The position numbers and the translations under genes are program-made. Below, one piece after another: positions 16,513 through 26,320 of a stretch of DNA of 64,000 nucleotides. This DNA is from Opitutales bacterium (GTDB lineage Bacteria; Verrucomicrobiota; Verrucomicrobiia; Opitutales; Opitutaceae). The notes beneath the pieces were generated by a model. That model saw only the letters and a list, made by a program, of their open reading frames with translations. It was not told the origin of the DNA and did no database searches. Every line of letters begins with the position of its first letter. The stretch's first letter is position 1. The stretch lies in assembly GCA_044507675.1 (NCBI GenBank), contig JBIQJF010000005.1, forward strand, positions 14,708 through 78,707. Reading direction: 5' to 3'.

Positions 16513-16603
16513 CTGTCATTGCGAGTATCCCGCGAATGCGGGAGACGAAGCAATCCAGCTGGATGGATCGCCACGGCTGGCTTCACCAGCCTCGCGATGA
16601 CAG
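16513..16603. repeat. Composite palindromic element of the GTCATTGCGAG...CTCGCGATGAC type
   Basis: Terminal IR CTGTCATTGCGAG/CTCGCGATGACAG; internal hairpins TCCCGC-GAAT-GCGGGA and GGCTGG-CTTCA-CCAGCC; GAAGCAATC..GGATCGCCAC core. Confidence 0.75.
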
Positions 16604-16677
16604 GACAAACCAGGACGACTATCCCAGGTTCTCTAAGGTTGCACGCGGGCGGATAGCCTGCACGTTGTCCCCTCCCC

Positions 16678-19600
16678 GTGTCTGAACCCACGGCCAGTTT
16701 TCGTCACAAGCTCACCGGAATTTGTCCGGCAGCGCACCCCCATGCCTTGGCGGAACTGGTCCGGACGCAGCCGTCGCCCGTATGGTTGGTGATCCACGAA
16801 GAGGCCGCCCACAGCGACACACTCGCCGAGGACATCGCCCTGTTTCACCGCGCCGCCGGCGGCACCGGTTTGGAAATTCTTATCTTCCCCGAGGCGCAAA
16901 CCGACCGCGAGATGCGCGATGCCTTCAGCGCCGCCAGCGACCGTCTCGCCGTGCTGTCCAAGCTGCGCAGCCTTGCTTCGTCCTCTGTTCTCCGTCCTCC
17001 GTCTTCCGTTCTGCTCATTCTCGCCACCCCCGCTGCGCTGCTCCAGCCAGTGCCACCGCCTGAGGATTTCTCTTCACGCGAGACCATCCTGTATCGCGGC
17101 GAAAACCGTCCGTTTCAGCAACTCCTCGAACTGCTCCGCGCCTACGACTACGACAGCGAAGCGGTTTGCGAGGCACCCGGCCAATACGCGGTGCGCGGCG
17201 GCATCGTGGACGTTTATCCCATCACGGCACACCAGCCCTACCGCTTGGATTTCTTCGGCGACACCCTCGAAGAAATCCGCGCGCTCGATCCAGTCACCCA
17301 GCGCTCCGGCGAACCGGCCGGGCAAATCACGCTCACGGCTGCGGCGCGACTGCACACCAGTGGCCTGCAGTCGAGTTTGTTGGATTATCTTGGTCCCGCC
17401 GCTCACGCGGTCATCGTTGAACCCAAGGCGATTGAGGAAGTGTTTGATTTGTCTGAAGGTGGAGCGCGGCCTCCGGCCACGCTGGGGTTCTCTGAAAACG
17501 CGTCCGGAGGCCGCGTTCCACCCTTGCTGCGCAAGCTGGCCGGCACCTGCACCCGGCTCTTCGGCCTCAGCGATCTGGATCTCGCCAGCGAACTGTTCGA
17601 CGGCGCAGCTGAGGAAGAAACTTGGGATACCGAATCGCTTTCCCATCACCGCTCCTACCCTGAGGAGCGTCAACTCGCCCACGAGCGGCTGCAGGCCGAG
17701 GACGAAGCCCGTCGCGATTTTCTCGAAAGGGTGCTGGCTTGGCAGCGCGAGGGTTATGCGGTGCAGTTCGTCGTTTCGAAGGAAGGCGAGGAGCAGCGCG
17801 TGCGCGAACTGCTCGAAGACGACAAGGAACTGCGCGCACTCAAACCACGCTTCCTCCGCGGCGCGCTGAGCGAGGGTTTCAAAATCACTTTCCGGAATTC
17901 GGGTGGGAACGAGCCTGCTCGCGAAAGCCCATCCAAAGGCATTGTCGTCGTCTCCGAAACCGAGATTTTCGGCCGCAAACGCCAACGGCGCTCCGCGCCC
18001 AAGCGCGCCATCGCTGCGCAATCGGCCGTGGACCAATTGCTCGATTTCTCCGAGTTGGTCGAAGGCGACTTCGTCGTCCACCTGCAGCACGGCATCGCCC
18101 AATACCGCGGGCTCACGAAACTCGAAAGTTCCGACGGCGTGCGCGAGGTGATCTCACTGGAATTCGACGACCATGTGACCCTGCACGTGCCGTTGCAGGA
18201 ATCGCACCTCATCAGCCGTTACGTCGGCCTGTCGAAGGCCAAACCGCAGCTCGGCCGGGTTGGCTCGGGTCGCTGGGAAAAAGCCCGCCAAGCCGCCGAA
18301 CGCGCCACGCTCGATCTCGCGGCCGAACTGCTCGCCATCCAGGCGAAGCGCGAGGCGCAGCCGGGCCACGCGTTCGCGGAGGACAACGTCTGGCAACGCG
18401 AATTTGAGGCGGCGTTTCCGTTCACCGAGACGCCTGACCAGATGAAAGCCATCGTGGACGTGAAGGCCGACATGGAGCGCACGCGCCCGATGGACCGGCT
18501 CGTGTGCGGTGACGTGGGTTTCGGCAAGACCGAGGTGGCGATCCGCGCGGCGTTCAAGTCAGTGATGGGTGGCAAGCAGGTGGCCGTGCTCGTGCCCACG
18601 ACGGTGCTGGCCCAGCAGCATCTGAACAGTTTTCGCGAACGCATGGCCGGTTATCCGGTGGCGATCGAGATGCTCAGCCGTTTCCGCACGCGCAAAGAGC
18701 AGCAGGGCATTCTCGCCGCGCTGGCCGCCGGCAAGGTGGATATTCTCATCGGCACGCATCGCCTCGTGCAGGCCGACGTGCAATTCAAGGACCTCGGCGT
18801 CGTCGTCGTGGACGAGGAGCAACGCTTCGGCGTGAAACACAAGGAGGTGTTCAAACGCTGGCGTGCCCATGTGGACATGCTCTCGATGAGCGCCACGCCA
18901 ATTCCGCGCACGCTCTATCTCGCACTGACTGGCGCGCGCGATCTCAGCACGATCGAGACAGCGCCGACCAACCGGCTGCCCATCCAGACCATCGTCAAAA
19001 GCTACGACGAAAAACTCGTCGTCGAGGCCATCCGCCACGAACTGCGGCGCGGCGGCCAGGTGTTTTATCTGCACAACCGGGTGCAAACGATTGATCTCGT
19101 GGCCGCCCGGCTTCGCGAGTTGCTGCCGGGCGTCACGGTCGGCATCGGCCACGGCCAGATGGGCGCCGATGGCTTGGAGCGCGTGATGACGGATTTCGTC
19201 GCGGGCCAATACCAGGTGCTCGTGTGCACGACCATCATCGAGAGCGGCCTCGACATCCCGAACTGCAACACGCTCATCATCGAGGGGGCGGACCGTTTCG
19301 GCCTGTCCCAGCTTTATCAGCTCCGCGGTCGCGTCGGTCGTTTTAAACACCAAGCCTACGCCTACCTGCTGCTGCACCGTCATGCACGCGTGCTGGACCT
19401 CGCGCGCCAGCGGCTGAGCGCCATCCGCCAGCACAACCAGCTCGGTGCAGGATTCCGCATCGCGATGCGCGACCTCGAGCTGCGCGGCGCGGGCAACCTG
19501 CTCGGAGCCGAACAAAGCGGCCATATCGTGGGCGTGGGCTTCGAGCTGTATTGCCAGTTGTTGCGCCAGAGCGTGGCCCGGCTGAAGGGCGAAAAACAGG

Positions 19601-20112
19601 CCGCACACGTGCGGGCCAACGTGAAACTCGACTTTGTTTTCGTCGGCGAAGGCGCGGACACGGAGGCACCGCGGGCCGAGGTCACGGGCAGTTTCAGCGC
19701 CCTGCGCCAAGCCGAGCGCATCGAAGGCGAGATCGACCGGATCCAAGCCCGCCTGCCCGCCGCCTACATCGCCGAGACCCGCCTGCGCATCGACTTTTAC
19801 CGGCGCCTGGCGCTGGCCGAGACCCCGAAACAGGTGAAGGAACTCGAACAGGAGCTGCGCGACCGCTTCGGGCGGTTCGGCGAACCCGTTCGCGCCCTGC
19901 TCCTCGTCACTGAAATCCGGGTGCGCGCGGAACAAAAGGGCGTGTTGTCCGTCGAATCGGACGGCAATCGGTTGAAGTGCATGCGCAACTCGGGACGCCG
20001 CGATGACTACATCCAGCTCAGCAGCCGCTTTCCCCGCTTGACCGCCCCCACCCCCCTTGCAAGGTTGAAAGAAATAATCACCTTTCTGCATAATCTCCCC
20101 GCTCCCCGATGA
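16678..20112 (+). CDS. mfd: Transcription-repair coupling factor
   Basis: UvrB-like N-terminus, CarD/RID (VHLQHGIAQY), CGDVGFGKTE, DEEQRFG, QLRGRVGR, TRCF C-terminus. Confidence 0.97.
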   Translation: MSEPTASFRHKLTGICPAAHPHALAELVRTQPSPVWLVIHEEAAHSDTLAEDIALFHRAAGGTGLEILIFPEAQTDREMRDAFSAASDRLAVLSKLRSLASSSVLRPPSSVLLILATPAALLQPVPPPEDFSSRETILYRGENRPFQQLLELLRAYDYDSEAVCEAPGQYAVRGGIVDVYPITAHQPYRLDFFGDTLEEIRALDPVTQRSGEPAGQITLTAAARLHTSGLQSSLLDYLGPAAHAVIVEPKAIEEVFDLSEGGARPPATLGFSENASGGRVPPLLRKLAGTCTRLFGLSDLDLASELFDGAAEEETWDTESLSHHRSYPEERQLAHERLQAEDEARRDFLERVLAWQREGYAVQFVVSKEGEEQRVRELLEDDKELRALKPRFLRGALSEGFKITFRNSGGNEPARESPSKGIVVVSETEIFGRKRQRRSAPKRAIAAQSAVDQLLDFSELVEGDFVVHLQHGIAQYRGLTKLESSDGVREVISLEFDDHVTLHVPLQESHLISRYVGLSKAKPQLGRVGSGRWEKARQAAERATLDLAAELLAIQAKREAQPGHAFAEDNVWQREFEAAFPFTETPDQMKAIVDVKADMERTRPMDRLVCGDVGFGKTEVAIRAAFKSVMGGKQVAVLVPTTVLAQQHLNSFRERMAGYPVAIEMLSRFRTRKEQQGILAALAAGKVDILIGTHRLVQADVQFKDLGVVVVDEEQRFGVKHKEVFKRWRAHVDMLSMSATPIPRTLYLALTGARDLSTIETAPTNRLPIQTIVKSYDEKLVVEAIRHELRRGGQVFYLHNRVQTIDLVAARLRELLPGVTVGIGHGQMGADGLERVMTDFVAGQYQVLVCTTIIESGLDIPNCNTLIIEGADRFGLSQLYQLRGRVGRFKHQAYAYLLLHRHARVLDLARQRLSAIRQHNQLGAGFRIAMRDLELRGAGNLLGAEQSGHIVGVGFELYCQLLRQSVARLKGEKQAAHVRANVKLDFVFVGEGADTEAPRAEVTGSFSALRQAERIEGEIDRIQARLPAAYIAETRLRIDFYRRLALAETPKQVKELEQELRDRFGRFGEPVRALLLVTEIRVRAEQKGVLSVESDGNRLKCMRNSGRRDDYIQLSSRFPRLTAPTPLARLKEIITFLHNLPAPR
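16971..17012 (+). repeat. Heptamer array inside mfd, in frame (LASSSVLRPPSSVL)
   Basis: CCTTGCT TCGTCCT CTGTTCT CCGTCCT CCGTCTT CCGTTCT; same units as 13971-14047. Confidence 0.75.
17458..17522. repeat. REP-doublet palindrome inside mfd, in frame (GGARPPATLGFSENASGGRVPP)
   Basis: 19-bp IR GGTGGAGCGCGGCCTCCGG / CCGGAGGCCGCGTTCCACC, 1 mismatch. Confidence 0.85.
17903..17925 (+). repeat. Single REP-like remnant inside mfd
   Basis: GTGGGAACGAGC-CT-GCTCGCGAA, resembling the Pseudomonas-type GTGGGAGCGAGCTTGCTCGCGA REP. Confidence 0.5.
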
Positions 20113-21098
20113 GTCTCCGCCGCTTTCGCCTTTCGATTCTGACCCTCTCCGCCGGTGTAGTCGGATTCGTGCAAGCCCAGCAGGCTGACGATCTTAACAT
20201 GCGCTATGCCAACGGCATAGTCGCTATTGCAGAAAACAAGATCATCACGGTCGACGACGTCCGCCGCGAAATCGGCCCCCTTGTTCCTGAGATTCAGCGC
20301 CAGAGCCGCAACGAGCAGGAGTTCAATGAAAAGCTCGAGGCCCTGCAGAACGATGTCATCCAGAATCTCATCGATCGCGTGCTCATCGTTAAGGAATTCT
20401 ACAAGGACGAGAAGCGCCGCGTGCCCGCCAGCTATATCGACAACCAGCTCGCCGAGACCATCATCACGCAGTTCGAAGGCGACCGCAGTAAATACCTCGC
20501 CTACCTCCGCGCCCGCGGCATCTCCCAACGCGAATACCGCCGCGAAATCGAGGAGGACATGATCTACAGCTTCATGCGCCAGCAGCAGGCCAAGTCGGGC
20601 AGCACGGTCAGCCCCGTGAGCATCGAAGAGTTCTACAACGAGAACAAGGAGCGGTTCTACCAGGAAGACAGCGTTCACCTGCGCCTCATCCAGATCGCTC
20701 GCGCCGCGGGCGACACCGACGAGACGCTCCGCGCCAAAGGCGATCAAGTCCTGGCCGAGCTCGATGCCGGTGCCGACTTCGCCGACGTCGCCCGCAAATA
20801 CAGCACCGACTCACGTAAAAGCCGTGGCGGCGATTGGGGCTGGCAGCAACGCTCCGACCTGCGCAAGGAATTCAGCGATGTCATCTTCGAGCTGAAGAAC
20901 GGCGAACGCAGCCGACCGCTCATCACGCCCGAGGGCCTTTTCCTTTTCTACGCCGAAGACCGCAAGTTTGCCGGCAACCTGCCGATCGATGAAGTTCGTC
21001 CCGATATCGAACGCTCGCTCGTGCAACAGGGCTCACGCCGCGCCATGGAGCGCTGGCTGGAGAAACTCCGACGCAACGCCTACATAAAGCACTTCTAA
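20109..21098 (+). CDS. SurA/PrsA-like parvulin peptidyl-prolyl isomerase
   Basis: Signal peptide, SurA N-domain, GADFADVARKYSTD..GGDWGW rotamase motif; ATGA overlap with mfd. Confidence 0.88.
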   Translation: MSLRRFRLSILTLSAGVVGFVQAQQADDLNMRYANGIVAIAENKIITVDDVRREIGPLVPEIQRQSRNEQEFNEKLEALQNDVIQNLIDRVLIVKEFYKDEKRRVPASYIDNQLAETIITQFEGDRSKYLAYLRARGISQREYRREIEEDMIYSFMRQQQAKSGSTVSPVSIEEFYNENKERFYQEDSVHLRLIQIARAAGDTDETLRAKGDQVLAELDAGADFADVARKYSTDSRKSRGGDWGWQQRSDLRKEFSDVIFELKNGERSRPLITPEGLFLFYAEDRKFAGNLPIDEVRPDIERSLVQQGSRRAMERWLEKLRRNAYIKHF

Positions 21099-21137
21099 GT
21101 GCGAGCCCGTGGGCCAGCGGGTGCAGCATCCCGGCCC

Positions 21138-21863
21138 ATGAGCAACGAGTCAGCCTCTTACCCTTCCCCGCGCGTCAAGGATCTCGCCGTCGGCGAACGC
21201 CCACAGGAACGTCTGGAAAAACTCGGCCCGGGCGCCTTGAGCGATGCCGAGCTGCTCGCCGTCCTCCTGCGCAGCGGACAGAAAGGCCACAGCGTCGTCA
21301 GCATCAGCCGCCAGCTCATCACCGAAGCCGGCTCGCTGGCTGCACTCACGCGCTGGCGCGAAGCCGATTTCCGCCGCATCAAGGGCATTGGCCGGATCAA
21401 GGCCCTGCAGCTCATCACCGTCATGGAAATCGCCAGCCGTGTGCTCAGCGCCGAGTCCGGCGCGAATCCGTTGCTCAACCGGCCGGAACTGGTCTTCGCC
21501 CACTTTCGCTCGCAGGCCAATGGGCTGAGCATTGAGAAATTCTGGGTCCTTTGCTTGAATCGCAAGAACCGCCTCATCCGGCAGGTCGAGCTCACCTCGG
21601 GCACAGCCACCAGCAGCCTGGCGCACCCACGCGAGGTTTTTCGCGAAGCCGTGCATCATGGCGCGACATCGGTGGTCTGCGTGCACAATCACCCCAGCGG
21701 CGACCCGGCCCCGAGCGCCGCCGATGTGCAGGTCACCCGCCAGTTACGCGAAGCCGCCAAGGCTTTGGATATCGAGCTGCTGGACCATGTCATCGTCGGC
21801 CAGATGAACGCCGATCCCCGCGGCCGGGGCTTCTACAGCTTCCGGGAGGCCGGCGTCATTTGA
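21138..21863 (+). CDS. radC: RadC family JAB-domain protein
   Basis: ERPQERL, LSDAELLA, HPREVF, HNHPSGDPAPSAAD, LLDHVI. Confidence 0.95.
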   Translation: MSNESASYPSPRVKDLAVGERPQERLEKLGPGALSDAELLAVLLRSGQKGHSVVSISRQLITEAGSLAALTRWREADFRRIKGIGRIKALQLITVMEIASRVLSAESGANPLLNRPELVFAHFRSQANGLSIEKFWVLCLNRKNRLIRQVELTSGTATSSLAHPREVFREAVHHGATSVVCVHNHPSGDPAPSAADVQVTRQLREAAKALDIELLDHVIVGQMNADPRGRGFYSFREAGVI

Positions 21864-21971
21864 CCTGAAAAGCGCGTGCGCGGCGCCAATAAGAGCCCAT
21901 TTCGGCTCCTGCAAAAAACCTCTTGGCAAAGCGCAAAACGCTCCCATACCTTCACCGTTCGTTCATTTGAT

Positions 21972-22059
21972 GGTGGAGTATCCAAGTGGCCAAAGGGCGT
22001 TGACTGTAAATCAATTCGGGTCTTCCCGTTCGCTGGTTCGACTCCAGCCTCCACCACCA
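21972..22059 (+). tRNA. tRNA-Tyr(GTA)
   Basis: GGTGGAG/CTCCACC acceptor, TTGA-CTGTAAA-TCAA anticodon arm, long variable arm, GGTTCGACTCC, CCA. Confidence 0.95.
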
Positions 22060-22066
22060 CTTTGAG

Positions 22067-22100
22067 AAAGCCCGCATCCTCCGAAGGATGCGGGCTTTTG
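22067..22100 (+). terminator. Rho-independent terminator after tRNA-Tyr
   Basis: AAAGCCCGCATCCT-CCGA-AGGATGCGGGCTTT perfect stem with short T tail. Confidence 0.8.
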
Positions 22101-22150
22101 CTTGGTGCGTCAGCCTTGCCAAGGCGCGGCGGTCTGGCGACGATGCGCCC

Positions 22151-23599
22151 ATGGATGAGGTCGAACAGGCCCTCGAAACCGTCGCGGAACACCCGGTCGC
22201 CAGCGGTGTGCTGTCCCACCTGCTCACGGTCATCGGTTTCCTGCTCGCCGTCTTTGCCATCGCGCGGCTCATGAGCGAGCGCAAGCAGCCCGGCAACACG
22301 TTCGCCTGGCTGTTCGCCATCGCTTTTATCCCCTACCTTGGCGTGCCGCTCTACCTGCTCTTGGGCGGTCGCAAAATCCGCAAGCTTGCCGAGCGCAAGG
22401 CGCGCCTGTGTCCGCTCAGTCCGGAAGAGGTCGCGATTCCGGAGAACGCCGGCTTTGCCTCCCGGGTGTTCACGCGTGACGGCGCCTGCCCGCCCATCGG
22501 CGGCAACCACGTGCAGTTCCTCACCAATGGCGAGGACTCCTACAACGTGCTGGAGCAAAGCATTCGCGATGCGAAAAAGAACATCCATATCATGGCCTTT
22601 ATCCTCGGGCGAGACGCCGTGGGCCGGCGTCTCGTGAAACTGCTCGCCCAACGCGCCCGCGAAGGCGTGAAGGTGCGCTTGCTGCTCGATGCCCTCGGTT
22701 GTTTCCCCACCAGCGGTCGTTTCTGCGATCCCATCCGCGAAGCCGGTGGAGAAGTCGTGAAGTTCATGCCGGTGGTGCCCCTGCAGACCCGCGGCTCGGC
22801 CAACCTGCGCAACCATCGCAAGATTGCCGTGGTCGATCACCGCATCGCGGCCGTCGGCGGACGCAACATCGCCATCGAATACATGGGCCCTACTCCCCAT
22901 CGCGGACGCTGGCGCGATCTCGGGGCGGTTATCGAAGGTCCGGCTGTTCGCCAGATCGAGGAAGTATTTCTCGCCGACTGGGCTTTCGCGAGCGGGCAAT
23001 CCCTCGACGATCTCCATCGCGAGCTGCCCGCCGAATGGCCGCGCCCCGCCGGTGTCGCCGACCTGCAGGTCGTCGCCAGCGGCCCCGACGTGGCCGGCGA
23101 TCCGCTTTACGAAGGCATCCTCTCATTGGTGCAGCAGGCCCAGCGCAGTGTGTGGATCGTCACTCCCTACTTCATCCCCGACGAAGTTCTGCAGCGCTCC
23201 CTCATGGTCCAGGCCCGAGCCGGCCTCGATGTGCGCATCGTGGTGCCCGCGCGTTCCAACCACCGCATCACCGATCTCGCCCGCCGGCATCACCTGCGCG
23301 AACTGCAGAAGGCCGGGGTGAAAGTGCTGCTTTACCAACCCGGCATGAACCACGCGAAGCTGCTGTTTGTGGACGGCGAAACGGCGCTTTTCGGGTCCGC
23401 CAACATGGACCTGCGCAGCCTCTTCGTGAACTTCGAGATCGGCTTGGTTTCCTATTCCCCCGCCGAAGCGAAGGTCGTGCACGCGTGGATCGAGGAAGTT
23501 TTCTCCCTCAGTCGCCCGATGTCGGAACGCCAGCGCGCCCGCCGCGTCTTCCCCGCCCTCGGCGAGGAAATCGCCCGCCTCCTCGCCCCGCTGCTGTAG
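22151..23599 (+). CDS. cls: Cardiolipin synthase (PLD family)
   Basis: N-terminal TM pair, two HKD motifs (NHRKIAVVD; NHAKLLFVD..GSANMD). Confidence 0.92.
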   Translation: MDEVEQALETVAEHPVASGVLSHLLTVIGFLLAVFAIARLMSERKQPGNTFAWLFAIAFIPYLGVPLYLLLGGRKIRKLAERKARLCPLSPEEVAIPENAGFASRVFTRDGACPPIGGNHVQFLTNGEDSYNVLEQSIRDAKKNIHIMAFILGRDAVGRRLVKLLAQRAREGVKVRLLLDALGCFPTSGRFCDPIREAGGEVVKFMPVVPLQTRGSANLRNHRKIAVVDHRIAAVGGRNIAIEYMGPTPHRGRWRDLGAVIEGPAVRQIEEVFLADWAFASGQSLDDLHRELPAEWPRPAGVADLQVVASGPDVAGDPLYEGILSLVQQAQRSVWIVTPYFIPDEVLQRSLMVQARAGLDVRIVVPARSNHRITDLARRHHLRELQKAGVKVLLYQPGMNHAKLLFVDGETALFGSANMDLRSLFVNFEIGLVSYSPAEAKVVHAWIEEVFSLSRPMSERQRARRVFPALGEEIARLLAPLL

Positions 23600-23663
23600 C
23601 GTAACCACGCTCTCATCCCGTTCACACGGGACTCTACCGCGGCCAAGCCCGGCGATGATGCAT

Positions 23664-23694
23664 AAAAAAGGCGGGGCTCTACGGCCCCGCCTTT
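23664..23694 (-). terminator. Terminator between convergent cls and desaturase
   Basis: AAAGGCGGGGC-TCTACG-GCCCCGCCTTT stem; A6 run gives a U-tail on the minus strand. Confidence 0.8.
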
Positions 23695-23714
23695 GGCGAA
23701 AACGTTTGGAAATC

Positions 23715-24863
23715 TCAGGTAGCCGAGGCGGCGTGTTTGAGCAGGCGGGTCGCTTGGCGGACTTCGCGGCGCATTTCCTGCAACGCGTGCCGGGCTTCAT
23801 CAAACTGGGCTTGAGCGCGGTCGGAATACTCGCTGCGCAGGGCGCTGGCCTTGCCGGCGTATTCCGCCTTGAGCGCTTCCCAGCGCTGACCGAGTTCGTG
23901 CAGCTTCACATCGGAAGCCTTCAACAACTCGTGCAACCGGGCGTTGGCACTGACCTTGGGACAAGCGATCTGCTCGCCAAGACGGCGGCGGGTGTCGGTG
24001 AGTTGGGCGAGCAGGATCTTGTCCTCGGAAACACGGCGCAGGCCGCGCACGAGGCCAACCTTCTCCAAGATCCAGATCGTCCACTTGGTCGGATCCCACT
24101 GCCACCACTTCACGCCGTTGCGGTAGTCGTGCTGAAACTCGTGGTGATAGTTGTGATAACCTTCGCCGAAGGTGAAGATCGCCATGAGCCAGCTATCGCG
24201 GGCGCTGCACTTGTTTGAATAGGGCTGGTTACCCACCGTGTGGCAGAGCGAATTGATGAAGAAGGTCATGTGCTGGACCGCCGTCACCCGGGCCACGCCC
24301 GCGATCAGGAATCCGCCCAGCGCACCGATTGCGCCGCCATGCCAGTAGCCGAGCAACGCCGGGAGCAGGAAGCCGAAGCCCACCGCGATCGGCACGTAGA
24401 AACGATCCTGCCACATCACGAGCGGGTCCTTGCGGAGGTCGTTGACGTTGTCCCACGGCGGCTCGGGATCGAGCTTGAAGAGAATCCAGCCGATGTGGGC
24501 GTGGAAAAAGCCCTTGGAGATGTCGTAAGGATCATCGTCGTGATCCACGTGTTTGTGGTGGCGGCGGTGGTCGGAGACCCACGCGAGGGCGCAGTTCTCA
24601 AAAGCCGTCGCTCCGAAGATGAGGGTGGAAAGACGCACGGGCCAGCTGGCTTGGAAAGCCATATGCGAAAACAGGCGGTGGTAGCCGAGCGTGATGCTCA
24701 AGCCGCTCGCGATGAAGAACAGCAGGAACATCGTCACCTGAAAGAGATCCACGCCATAGTGCCAGATGTAGAGCGGCACGGCTGTGCAGGTCACCACGGC
24801 CGTCCCGATGAGGAACGAGCTGTTGACCCAGTTAATGCGATCGAATGGAATACGGAGTTTCAC
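23715..24863 (-). CDS. Acyl-CoA/acyl-lipid delta-9 fatty acid desaturase
   Basis: His boxes HRLFSH, DHRRHH, GEGYHNYHH; C-terminal coiled coil. Confidence 0.92.
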   Translation of the reverse strand: MKLRIPFDRINWVNSSFLIGTAVVTCTAVPLYIWHYGVDLFQVTMFLLFFIASGLSITLGYHRLFSHMAFQASWPVRLSTLIFGATAFENCALAWVSDHRRHHKHVDHDDDPYDISKGFFHAHIGWILFKLDPEPPWDNVNDLRKDPLVMWQDRFYVPIAVGFGFLLPALLGYWHGGAIGALGGFLIAGVARVTAVQHMTFFINSLCHTVGNQPYSNKCSARDSWLMAIFTFGEGYHNYHHEFQHDYRNGVKWWQWDPTKWTIWILEKVGLVRGLRRVSEDKILLAQLTDTRRRLGEQIACPKVSANARLHELLKASDVKLHELGQRWEALKAEYAGKASALRSEYSDRAQAQFDEARHALQEMRREVRQATRLLKHAASAT

Positions 24864-24960
24864 GAATCCGGAGACTGTGACTGCCGCGCCCGGGTGCGAG
24901 CGGAATTTTCCGGATATTTTTCGCGTAAACCCCTGCTATTTTTGAACGCGCCGGACGCAC

Positions 24961-26319
24961 TCAGACAGCACGTTGCGCGATAAACGCCTTGATCGACGCG
25001 GCGTCGGCCGGAAGACGGTGCTTCACAATCGGGAGTGGTTTGAGCTCTTCGAGCGCGGGTGCGGTCGGTTCCTGGCCGATGGCTTCGCGGATGGCGGCGG
25101 GGAATTTCGCCGGATGTGCGGTCGCCAGCACGACGCTCACCCGCTGCGGATTGATATCCTTGAAGGCGCAGGCCGTGTGCGGATCCACGATGTAGCGGTA
25201 GCGCTCGAAAACCTTCCGGATGAGCCCGGTAATCTCAGAGTCGTCGGCCGACGAGGAGCTGAAAACCGACTTGTTGAGCAGGTCGAAACGGTAGGAACCC
25301 GTGGCCTTGAGTTGCGCCATGACGGTGCAAACGCGCGTCGGATTTTCGTCGAGCGCGTAGTAGAGGAATCGCTCAAAGTTCGACGCCACCTGGATGTCCA
25401 TCGAGGGCGCGAGACTTGGATACACTTCGCCGCTGCGATACTCGGCGGTCGTAAAGAGGCGGTGCAGGATGTCGTTGCGGTTGGTCGCGACCTTGAAACC
25501 CATGATGGGCACGCCCATCTGCTCGAGCAGCCAGCCGGCGAAGACGTTGCCAAAGTTGCCCGTGGGCACGACAAACTCGGTGTTCTCCCGCGCGGCATCG
25601 GGCAGACGCAGCCACGCGTAGAGATAGTAAACCGACTGGGCGAGGACGCGCGCGATGTTGATGGAATTGACCGCCGACAGGTGGTGCTGCCCGGCATAGG
25701 CCTTGTCGCCGAAGATTTCCTTCAACACGCGTTGCGCATCGTCGAAGCTGCCGTCGATGGCAATGGCGTGGACGTTGGCCGCGCCGGTGCAGGTCATCTG
25801 GCGCTCCTGAAGCGGCGACACGCGGCCCTCGGGATACAGGATGAAGATCGCGGTGCGCGGCTTGCCGAGCAGGCCGTGGATGGCGGCGGCACCGGTGTCG
25901 CCCGAGGTGGCGCCTAGCACATTGATGCTCCGGCCGGCCTGTTCGCACTGCCAGCCGTAGAGATTGCCGAGGAACTGGAGCGCGAAATCCTTGAACGCAA
26001 GCGTCGGCCCGTGGAAGAGCTCGAGCACATAGAGGCGGTCGTCTATCTTGCGCAGCGGCGCGATGTCGGGATGCGTGAATGTGCCGTAGGAACGATGCAC
26101 GAGTTGCTCCAGCACTTCGCGCGGCACATCGGTGGCGAAGATCGAAAGAAACTCCGTGCAGAGCTCGGTGTAGCTGAGGTTTTTCCAACCCGGCAACCGC
26201 GGGGAAATGTCGGGCAGGCTTTCGGGCAGGAACAGGCCGCCATCAGGCGCCAGACCGATGGCCACCGCTTCGTTGAAGGAAACGGGATCGGTCTGACCTC
26301 TGGTCGAGATGTAACGCAT
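24961..26319 (-). CDS. thrC: Threonine synthase
   Basis: MRYISTRG, FHGPTLAFKD (PLP Lys), ATSGDTG, VPTGNFG, ATAHPAKF. Confidence 0.97.
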   Translation of the reverse strand: MRYISTRGQTDPVSFNEAVAIGLAPDGGLFLPESLPDISPRLPGWKNLSYTELCTEFLSIFATDVPREVLEQLVHRSYGTFTHPDIAPLRKIDDRLYVLELFHGPTLAFKDFALQFLGNLYGWQCEQAGRSINVLGATSGDTGAAAIHGLLGKPRTAIFILYPEGRVSPLQERQMTCTGAANVHAIAIDGSFDDAQRVLKEIFGDKAYAGQHHLSAVNSINIARVLAQSVYYLYAWLRLPDAARENTEFVVPTGNFGNVFAGWLLEQMGVPIMGFKVATNRNDILHRLFTTAEYRSGEVYPSLAPSMDIQVASNFERFLYYALDENPTRVCTVMAQLKATGSYRFDLLNKSVFSSSSADDSEITGLIRKVFERYRYIVDPHTACAFKDINPQRVSVVLATAHPAKFPAAIREAIGQEPTAPALEELKPLPIVKHRLPADAASIKAFIAQRAV

Positions 26320-26320
26320 G

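Noticed and set aside
21923-21952. Sigma70-like promoter for tRNA-Tyr (TTGGCA-N18-TACCTT)
   Set aside because: Weak match that cannot be distinguished from chance without TSS data
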